DNA of 64,000 nucleotides from IMG/VR virus record IMGVR_UViG_3300045988_139374, positions 160,001 to 224,000 of that record; one strand, written 5' to 3'. A program made the translations under genes and the position numbers. The notes under the pieces were generated by a model. The model was not told the DNA's origin. It was given only the letters and a program-made list of their open reading frames with translations, and ran no database searches. Of this stretch, positions 57,147 through 64,000 are shown in pieces. Position 1 is the stretch's first letter; each line of letters starts with the position of its first letter. The DNA comes from a virus.

Positions 57147-59093
57147 ATGAACGTAAACGATCTAAATCGTACAGATACTCAAAGAGTGGTAATTTCTCAG
57201 CCTGGTGTATCTAATAATAATGCTACACAAAATATTAGTATTTCTGCTGTTAAGCCTGAAAACGCTCCTATTTCCATTAATGCAACCAATGGAGCTTCTG
57301 GAATTGAAGAAGATACTAATGGAAATCGACCCGTGATTAGAATTAATCCTAATCGTAGAAAGGGTCATCGCTCTGTTGGTGCTAATGAGACTATTGAGAC
57401 TGTGAATCCTGATGATTATATCCAGACTCAGACTAAGAAGGTAGATCCTAAGTTCTTCCAGGATAAGTATATGACTGAGCTAGATGCTGCAGTTGCTCGT
57501 AAGCAGCAGGAATATGTAGATGCTGTTGAAAGTATGAGCGCTCAAGATGCTGCTAATAGAGAAAAGGTTGAAGCAGGCCTAGAAGATGTCGGTGGCGAAA
57601 TTCAGTATATGCCCGATCCTCTGCACCATCCTATGAGTGAAGATGAAAAGGTTAAGACTACTGCTCCTATTAATCCTAATCGTGGCATTGTTACTGAAGA
57701 TCTAGAAGATGAAGTTCTAGATAATGATGATGAGGAAGAAGAGATTTCTTCTCCTGTGAGAATTCAGGGTAGTGACTATCAGCCTATTAATGATCCTTTC
57801 AATACTCCTGCACATCAGGCAGAGCCTACTTATGGTTCTGGACCTGAGTCTGATGAGGTAGATGAAGATATCGTTGATGATGAGCCTGTAGAAGAGGAAG
57901 AGATTATTCCTGAGGCTCATCCTTCTAAGGTTGAGGATCTTGACACTAAAGTTATTAGTGTTACTTCTGATGATCTAGAAGATATTGATGATTCTGACTT
58001 TGATGAAGAAGATGATGAAGATACAACTTACGATGATGATGAGGAGCAACAGAAGCTGTCTGAAGCTGCTGCTAATAATCTTCGTAATGATATTATTACT
58101 AAGATTATTAATGCTGGCCGTAAGATGAATACTTCTCAGCTAGTTGTTTCTAATAAGGTCATTAATATTAAGGACGCTATGAAGAATATGAAGACTACTA
58201 CTGCTAAGACTGCAGTATGGCCTCTAATGTTTGCAAATCGTCCTTATATTGCATCTGCTCTTAAGGGTGCTGAGCTTGCTATGCTTAATGAGGATAGTAA
58301 TAATAATGGTATTATGACTGTGCCTCAGATGCAGATTCTCTTTGAGCACGATGTTAATCCAAATCGTCCTTCTACTGTTGAAGCTTGGGCTAAGACTATC
58401 CCTTATGCAGATTTGGACAATGTCTTTGCTGCACTATTTATGGCATCTCTTGACGGAGCTAATTTTATGCCTTGCAATTGCTCCAATGATAAGTGTCTGA
58501 ATTCTTGGCTGTCTGATGATGTACCTATGGAGAAGCTCATGCACTTTACAGATGATGATACTAAGAAGAAGTTTGAAAAGATTAAGAAAATGGAACTAAC
58601 TCCTGAAAACTCTGGAGCATATGAGTCCGTGGTTACTGTTATTAATAATAATCTAGCCGTTGGCGTTAAGATTCCTTCTCTGTATACAATTATGTATGAA
58701 ATTGGAGCTCTTGATGATGCATTCGTAAATAAGTATGAATCTATCATCAATATTACTCGCTTCATTGATCGTCTATATATGATTGATGAAAATGGTAATA
58801 TGTATCCCATTGGATGGAAAAAGTATCCTGGCGATCATGCTAAGTCTTTCAAGTCTAAGATTATCACTTATGCTAAGATTCTTAAGAATCTAGATCCTGT
58901 TGAATTTGGCGTCGTATCTACTCTGATTATTACTATGATGAATAATATGCATGCCAATATTACTTATAGTATTCCTAAGTATACTTGTCCTAAGTGTGGC
59001 CATAGTAGCAACGAGGTTGAAGTGAGTCCTCGTAACCTACTTTTTTTGCGCCAGCAGTTGGTCCGTATAGCAACTTCTCTTGGAACAAAATAA
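57147..59093 (+). CDS. hypothetical baseplate-module protein with acidic linker and C-terminal zinc ribbon
   Basis: 648-aa ORF; GAAGGAGA RBS; long D/E region; CPKCGH near the C-terminus; possible -1 frameshift extension (see findings). Confidence 0.6.
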   Translation: MNVNDLNRTDTQRVVISQPGVSNNNATQNISISAVKPENAPISINATNGASGIEEDTNGNRPVIRINPNRRKGHRSVGANETIETVNPDDYIQTQTKKVDPKFFQDKYMTELDAAVARKQQEYVDAVESMSAQDAANREKVEAGLEDVGGEIQYMPDPLHHPMSEDEKVKTTAPINPNRGIVTEDLEDEVLDNDDEEEEISSPVRIQGSDYQPINDPFNTPAHQAEPTYGSGPESDEVDEDIVDDEPVEEEEIIPEAHPSKVEDLDTKVISVTSDDLEDIDDSDFDEEDDEDTTYDDDEEQQKLSEAAANNLRNDIITKIINAGRKMNTSQLVVSNKVINIKDAMKNMKTTTAKTAVWPLMFANRPYIASALKGAELAMLNEDSNNNGIMTVPQMQILFEHDVNPNRPSTVEAWAKTIPYADLDNVFAALFMASLDGANFMPCNCSNDKCLNSWLSDDVPMEKLMHFTDDDTKKKFEKIKKMELTPENSGAYESVVTVINNNLAVGVKIPSLYTIMYEIGALDDAFVNKYESIINITRFIDRLYMIDENGNMYPIGWKKYPGDHAKSFKSKIITYAKILKNLDPVEFGVVSTLIITMMNNMHANITYSIPKYTCPKCGHSSNEVEVSPRNLLFLRQQLVRIATSLGTK

Positions 59094-59286
59094 TTCTAGC
59101 ACGACATTTTAAAGGTGCTACATCTATATCAGAACTGAATGATCTTCCTGTATATGAACTTCAAATGCTTAATTATATTTGTAATAAAGAAAGAGAAGAG
59201 GAAGCTAAACTTTCTGATAAAGAAAAAGGAGCTAGACAATTTGGTAGAATGATAGAAGACAATCTATCTTAAAGGAGTAGCTTCTA

Positions 59287-59610
59287 ATGAATATGCCTGA
59301 TTTCATTGGACAGACATATCAAGCATCTGTTTATCCTATAGATGATATACTTAGATTCTTTGACCATTCTATGGCTATATATGACATCATTAAGAGCTAT
59401 AATGTGACTGGTGTGTATGGTATCACAGATAACAACCATTATTCTCTTCAAATGCAAATTATGGCTGCTAATCCTGCCGATTTAGATAGTATGGTAAACT
59501 ATATTAATTGTACTATTCATAATCGTAAGGATATGTATGGCAAAACATTTCAAGTAAATGCTCAATCTATAGGAACCTGTGCTAGTCTGTCTGTACAAGA
59601 GTGTCGCTAA
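59287..59610 (+). CDS. hypothetical protein
   Basis: 107-aa ORF, AAAGGAG RBS. Confidence 0.55.
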   Translation: MNMPDFIGQTYQASVYPIDDILRFFDHSMAIYDIIKSYNVTGVYGITDNNHYSLQMQIMAANPADLDSMVNYINCTIHNRKDMYGKTFQVNAQSIGTCASLSVQECR

Positions 59611-59640
59611 ACTTCCAATTGCTTAGATATTATAAAAATG

Positions 59641-59680
59641 AGACCAATAGGAGAAATCCTATTGGTCTTTTATTGTTTTA
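59641..59680 (+). terminator. rho-independent terminator
   Basis: AGACCAATAGGA 59641-59652 pairs with TCCTATTGGTCT 59657-59668, followed by T-run. Confidence 0.7.
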
Positions 59681-59731
59681 TTACAATAAAAACTGTACAA
59701 TAACAAGTATAAAGAAAAGGAGTAGCAAAAT

Positions 59732-60787
59732 ATGGAAGACCAGATTAAGACTAATATCGGTAAAATCTTTACTAAGTATAATAAGGATACAGATTCATTT
59801 GATATGATTCGTATTGTTCATACTGATAATGATAGTATTTTCTATAGAAAATTAAATGAAGATTATAATTTTGGGCAGAATAGAATTGAGTTTCTTAAGA
59901 TTAACGAATTCAAAGAAACCTTTAAGGATTGGGATGTATTGTCTCCTGATGGTATTTTGTCTTTGACAAATGCTGTTGTTACAGAAACAGAAAATGGATC
60001 TCCTATTAGAGATATCATCATGATGTTTTTCATTAGAGATAATACTACTCATACCTTTAATCCTCAGAAGCCTTGCGTAATTGCGCGTCAGGCTATCAAT
60101 AATATTTATAAGATGGCATTTGATGACCATGCTGATGATGTAGGAGTTTCTGTTACTGAAGATTGTATGCCTCCTGAATATACATTTGCAGATTTTACAG
60201 CTGCTGAAAAATGTATTAATTCTTATCTTACTTGTGTTTATAAAATTGACACTCCTAAAACTCTAGCAGCAATTCTTAATAATGAAACCACTACTGATAT
60301 TCTTCACACTCTTTATCAGAGTGCCATTGATTATGATAAGAATACTATCATTAATTTCAATAAGGCAATTGAAGACGATTGCTATAAAGGATATTGTAAT
60401 ACTCTATCTGCATTCATTGGTAATTCTGGATTGATTATTGATATCTATTCTAAACTTGGAATCGTAAAGGTAGATTTCGAATTGAAATCTAATGAACCTA
60501 TCAATGATGAGAATAAAGTATTTCTTTCTATGCTTTATGGTGGAATTACTATTGTAAAAGCAATTCCTCTTAAGTTTGGATTTGATATTAATCTATCTTG
60601 TATTAAGATGAAATATATGCTGGTAATGGATTCTACCAGTACTCTTTGGATTGTTCCTTTTACTTCTACAAAGGATGAGTTTAGCCCTGTAGAATTTTAC
60701 AAAATTACTGCAGAGCAAACTAATAAAATACAGGAAAGATTGAAGAAGTGTATTGAGTCGTATGATGCCATTCAAAATAATACCTAA
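59732..60787 (+). CDS. hypothetical protein
   Basis: 351-aa ORF, AAAAGGAG RBS. Confidence 0.6.
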   Translation: MEDQIKTNIGKIFTKYNKDTDSFDMIRIVHTDNDSIFYRKLNEDYNFGQNRIEFLKINEFKETFKDWDVLSPDGILSLTNAVVTETENGSPIRDIIMMFFIRDNTTHTFNPQKPCVIARQAINNIYKMAFDDHADDVGVSVTEDCMPPEYTFADFTAAEKCINSYLTCVYKIDTPKTLAAILNNETTTDILHTLYQSAIDYDKNTIINFNKAIEDDCYKGYCNTLSAFIGNSGLIIDIYSKLGIVKVDFELKSNEPINDENKVFLSMLYGGITIVKAIPLKFGFDINLSCIKMKYMLVMDSTSTLWIVPFTSTKDEFSPVEFYKITAEQTNKIQERLKKCIESYDAIQNNT

Positions 60788-60919
60788 AAATGGGATGTTA
60801 AAATTAAGAATGGCAAGATATTATAATAGTGATAGAAAGGTATGAAAATATCTTTTTATTGATAGCACCAAAGTACACGGTGTATCTAACAATCTATTTT
60901 ATTTTAGGAGGCATTTTCC

Positions 60920-61768
60920 ATGGAAAACAACATCAACAAAATCACTGGCGCTCACATCAATGACAAGCTCACTCTTAGTGAAAGCGGTGTCAAGAACATT
61001 GACAACGATTGCAATGTCAAGCGTGTCATGACCACTACGTATGAGCTTGGCCCTATCATCACCGATATCTTTAAGAAGACTTTCGCTGATTATTGTGGCA
61101 CCGTGATCGAGGTCGCAACTGTTAACAATGTTCAGACTGTTGTTAACGTCCGTATGGTCTTTAACATCTTTAAGCCCAATGAGTATCGCGATGATGCTTA
61201 TTATGCATTCAAGCCTGAAGGTGCTAACATCGCTAGCACTGGCAGCCTGGATAGCAAGACTATTGTTGAGAACATTGTTCGCAAGAGTTCTTCTGTTCAG
61301 CGTAGCACTCGTAGTATGTACAATGTTGACATCACTCAGGATGGCAAGGATGTTCTGTCCGACTTCCTGTACACCACTAATCAGGCTGTTGAATGGGGTA
61401 AGCTGTTCAAAGCTTTTGATATTGCTGATTATTACAATCAGTATCGTGGTACTAAGGTTATCCTCAGTGGCATGGATATTACTAAGATCCTGAACCAGAT
61501 CTATAATACCCGTGATGATGAAGGTAATCAGATCGGTAAGCACAGCTATGCTGTTATTCCTCTGCGTCCTCTGGTTGATACCAATTCTCAGTTCAACTAT
61601 CAGCAGGCTATGTATCAGCAGCAGTTCCCGATGATCCAGACTAACAATAGTCCTAAGGATAACTGGCTGATCGCTATCGATGAGTACGATGAGAAGAACA
61701 TCGCTAAGGTCTTCAGAAATGTTTATCACATCCAGCCGCAGACCGACAACGATATTTGGTATCTGTAA
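60920..61768 (+). CDS. abundant structural protein candidate (282 aa), function unknown
   Basis: TAGGAGG RBS, strong terminator, markedly GC-richer and biased codons (CTG, ATC, GGC, CGT, AAC). Confidence 0.65.
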   Translation: MENNINKITGAHINDKLTLSESGVKNIDNDCNVKRVMTTTYELGPIITDIFKKTFADYCGTVIEVATVNNVQTVVNVRMVFNIFKPNEYRDDAYYAFKPEGANIASTGSLDSKTIVENIVRKSSSVQRSTRSMYNVDITQDGKDVLSDFLYTTNQAVEWGKLFKAFDIADYYNQYRGTKVILSGMDITKILNQIYNTRDDEGNQIGKHSYAVIPLRPLVDTNSQFNYQQAMYQQQFPMIQTNNSPKDNWLIAIDEYDEKNIAKVFRNVYHIQPQTDNDIWYL

Positions 61769-61802
61769 TTCTCAATTCTCTTAAGCAATAAAATAGGTAA
61801 AG

Positions 61803-61843
61803 GGTCTGGGGAACTTAAGGTCTCCCCAGACCTTTTATTTTTT
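61803..61843 (+). terminator. rho-independent terminator
   Basis: GGTCTGGGGA 61803-61812 pairs with TCCCCAGACC 61823-61832, followed by T-run. Confidence 0.75.
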
Positions 61844-61871
61844 AAAGGATAAAAGAAAGAAGGAAATAATT

Positions 61872-62267
61872 ATGGCTTTCCGTAATAATGCAGAATTTAA
61901 ATACTCTATTCGTGGCATCAATCGTATCGTTGATGAAAAGAATAATCAGTTTATTCGTCTTGCAGAGATTGCATGGGCTGGAGCAGATGAAGAGGTTGAT
62001 CCTAGTAAGATTAAGCTTGACATTCGTAAATATACTACAGATGCAGATGGAAATGAGAGAATGCTTAAGGGTTGTAGTTTCTTGACAGAAGATGGTCCTC
62101 ATGAGCTTACTCATGCTCTTGTAGAAGAAGGATTCGGCAATACTGAAAAGATTCTTACTGCTATTAAGCAGCGTAGTGATTTTCCTGATGCTGTAAAGTC
62201 TTGCTATGGTGAGAAAGCAGCTGATGCTACAGATGATACATTTGATCTGCGTAATATCATTGATTAA
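61872..62267 (+). CDS. PC4/YdbC-like ssDNA-binding protein (putative)
   Basis: IRLAEIAWAG...SKIKLDIRKY...RMLKGCSFLTEDGPHELTHAL resembles the bacterial PC4-like pattern (W...K.DIR.W....KG..L..eE...L). Confidence 0.45.
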   Translation: MAFRNNAEFKYSIRGINRIVDEKNNQFIRLAEIAWAGADEEVDPSKIKLDIRKYTTDADGNERMLKGCSFLTEDGPHELTHALVEEGFGNTEKILTAIKQRSDFPDAVKSCYGEKAADATDDTFDLRNIID

Positions 62268-62275
62268 ATAAATAC

Positions 62276-62310
62276 GGAGTAGAGAATAATATCTCTACTC
62301 CTTTTAATTT
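62276..62310 (+). terminator. hairpin terminator
   Basis: GGAGTAGAG 62276-62284 pairs with CTCTACTCC 62293-62301. Confidence 0.55.
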
Positions 62311-62323
62311 GGAGGATTATAAA

Positions 62324-62680
62324 ATGGGATGCGTAAAAACTACTACGTATGAATCTGTAGAACAGGCTTTACTGACTACTGAAGTTAAATGGAATCTTAT
62401 TGAGAAGATTAAAGAAATTAGAAAAGAGAAAGATATTTCTCAAGACGAATTAGCAAAAAGAGTAGGAGTATCTCATGCTACTATTAGTAAAATTGAATCT
62501 AGACATCAAGTAGGATTGGATACATTGATTCTAATTTATGAAGCTCTTGATCTCGATTTTGATTTGCTAAAAGAGACTAAAAAAGCTAAAGAGAAACTTG
62601 AACTTAAACTTCCATCAGATATGGAACATCGTCATACAGGAAAGTACAATCCAAATAGAAAGGAAGATATTAATGGTTGA
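62324..62680 (+). CDS. XRE-family helix-turn-helix protein
   Basis: ISQDELAKRVGVSHATISKIESRHQ; ATG at 62324 follows GGAGG. Confidence 0.7.
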   Translation: MGCVKTTTYESVEQALLTTEVKWNLIEKIKEIRKEKDISQDELAKRVGVSHATISKIESRHQVGLDTLILIYEALDLDFDLLKETKKAKEKLELKLPSDMEHRHTGKYNPNRKEDING

Positions 62681-63749
62681 TGAAAAGTATACACTTGAGC
62701 AATTGCTAACTGGACACTTTATAAAATATAATAGACTATCTGAATTGATTAGTGCATCGTATGCTGGATCCAATTGCACTAAAATTAATTTATTTATAGA
62801 TTTAAATTCTCTTGTAAAAGGTTTATATAGCATTGATGCTTGGGGATATAAATCTGTAAGTAGATATGAAATGACCGCCATTATTTTAAACATGTGCGGG
62901 CATTATAGACAGTTCTTCAGAAACCTTGGAGTGTCTACCAATATCTATCTTATATATGGATTAAATTGTCCGAAGAGTAATGAAACTTATGTATTCGGAT
63001 ATAATAATTCTTTTGTAAGATCGTTTCAGAAGAAGCCTTCTGTCACTAATCTTATTGATGATAATATGGCAGCATTAAGTATTATCACTCAGTATCTTCC
63101 GAATATATTTTTCTTTAATGTAGGATTATGTGAAGTATCTTCTATGATTGCTCATATTCTCAGAAAGTCTAATGCTGTACAGAATGGATTTGAGAATATT
63201 GTAATTAGTAAAGATATTCTGATGCTTCAATTGGTACCAGAATATAATGTCAGAGTTCTTAGACCTATTAAGACTAAGAATGGTGATGAATCTATCATTG
63301 TAGACAACAATAATCTTTGGCAGCAATTCTATGCTACCTATAGAAAATTGAAGTCTCCTCCTGATAGTATTCCTACTACTTTTATCTCTAATATTCTAGC
63401 AATGACAAACGTAAGAGAAAGAAGTATTAGTACAATCTTTACTATTCCTAAAGCTATGAAATATATTAATATTGCTATAGCTAGTGGATTCCTAGAACCT
63501 AATAAGTTTTATACTCAAGCATCTATGAATACTGCATTGGAAATTATGGATGTAGCAGCATATAATCCAGTAGAATTTGATATGCGATATAAAGCAATAT
63601 CTACTCAATTTCAATCTATGTATATTCTTCCAATTGAAAGACCTGATCTTGTAGATTATCAGTTAGTAAATTTGGAAGATGTACAAGGACTTCAGATGGT
63701 TATCTCTAAGTATTTATACAAAACTCCGATTGACTTAGACAGGTTGTGA
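62673..63749 (+). CDS. putative FEN/RNase H-like 5'-3' exonuclease (PIN-like)
   Basis: ATG at 62673 follows AAGGAAG and overlaps the upstream stop (ATGGTTGA); INLFIDLNSLV and IVISKDILMLQLV resemble the FEN motifs (LIDG..., SGDKDLLQLV). Confidence 0.4.
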   Translation: MVDEKYTLEQLLTGHFIKYNRLSELISASYAGSNCTKINLFIDLNSLVKGLYSIDAWGYKSVSRYEMTAIILNMCGHYRQFFRNLGVSTNIYLIYGLNCPKSNETYVFGYNNSFVRSFQKKPSVTNLIDDNMAALSIITQYLPNIFFFNVGLCEVSSMIAHILRKSNAVQNGFENIVISKDILMLQLVPEYNVRVLRPIKTKNGDESIIVDNNNLWQQFYATYRKLKSPPDSIPTTFISNILAMTNVRERSISTIFTIPKAMKYINIAIASGFLEPNKFYTQASMNTALEIMDVAAYNPVEFDMRYKAISTQFQSMYILPIERPDLVDYQLVNLEDVQGLQMVISKYLYKTPIDLDRL

Positions 63750-63755
63750 TAATAA

Positions 63756-63998
63756 ATGAATTTTAAAGAAACTTATGATGACTATCAGGTTGGCAATCTA
63801 ATTACCAAAACAAGAATTGAGGAAGGAATTCCTCAGAAAGAATTAGCAGAGCAATTGGGAATTGCAGCTTCTACAATTTCTAAGATCGAAAATGGTCATA
63901 GAGATTGTAGAATTAAAGAGCTTAGAAAAATTGCCCATGCTCTTGGGAAAGAATTGAAAATTTCTTTTGTAGATCCTGAAGAGGAGAATGATAAATGA
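63756..63998 (+). CDS. XRE-family helix-turn-helix protein
   Basis: IPQKELAEQLGIAASTISKIENGHRD. Confidence 0.7.
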   Translation: MNFKETYDDYQVGNLITKTRIEEGIPQKELAEQLGIAASTISKIENGHRDCRIKELRKIAHALGKELKISFVDPEEENDK

Positions 63999-64000
63999 AA

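Noticed and set aside
60899-61729. 276-aa minus-strand ORF.
   Set aside because: It is antisense to the RBS-led, terminator-flanked, codon-biased gene 60920..61768. It has no RBS and a low-complexity I/L/S/N composition, so it is an artefact of codon bias.
1-64000. Stop-codon reassignment (TAG or TGA recoding), as seen in some large gut phages.
   Set aside because: ORFs of 3432, 1506, 1219 and 818 aa are intact under the standard code. All three stop codons are used at well-supported gene ends followed by terminators.
1-64000. Search for an integrase, invertase, transposase or other recombinase that could act on the cassette signal.
   Set aside because: No ORF shows serine-recombinase (N-terminal S-x-x-Q...R), tyrosine-recombinase (R...H-x-x-R...Y), DDE or DEDD hallmarks that I can read. 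The only nucleases are RusA-like, FEN-like and the PD-(D/E)xK module of the 1219-aa protein. None can be linked to the signal, so the actor is either outside this window or unrecognisable.

Overview
AT-rich, densely packed phage sequence that reads in the standard genetic code (ORFs of 3432, 1506 and 1219 aa are intact). Most genes have AGGAGG-type Shine-Dalgarno sites and hairpin plus T-run terminators. The content looks like a large jumbo-type virulent phage. There is an N-terminal fragment of a multisubunit RNA polymerase beta-prime subunit (zinc ribbon plus AADFDGD), a dCMP deaminase, two tRNAs, and a giant tape-measure-like virion protein with three C-terminal cell-wall hydrolase domains. 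There is also a gp25-like baseplate protein, tail-fibre genes, a three-member family of internal-head-protein-like paralogs, several nucleic-acid enzymes (RusA-like, FEN-like, PC4-like) and XRE-type HTH proteins. Two diversification systems stand out. (1) A complete diversity-generating retroelement (target fibre gene with a C-terminal VR, an Avd-like gene, TR, RT): all 12 TR/VR substitutions fall on TR adenines, and the TR is 18 nt longer than the VR. (2) A feature I cannot match to a described system: 15 copies of the invariant 10-mer TGACGCTTCT plus 4 variant copies. They head 17 start-less cassettes, almost all bounded by stop codons, that resemble tail-fibre tips (x-DASIK... to ...IYYI-stop). 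The cassettes lie in three loci in both orientations, some as inverted pairs, and sit next to duplicated fibre 3' ends and a non-coding module bounded by 16-bp inverted repeats. No recombinase and no in-frame expression site is visible in this window, so the mechanism (site-specific inversion or shuffling, or something else) is inference. Other notable items are a G9 tract that breaks a fibre gene, a G10 tract in an RBS, a possible -1 frameshift extension, and a ~0.93-kb ORF-free, hairpin-dense region just 3' of the tRNAs that may be a large structured RNA. Function calls rest only on motifs I can read in the translations; many CDSs stay hypothetical. Several frame breaks coincide with homopolymers and could be sequencing errors.
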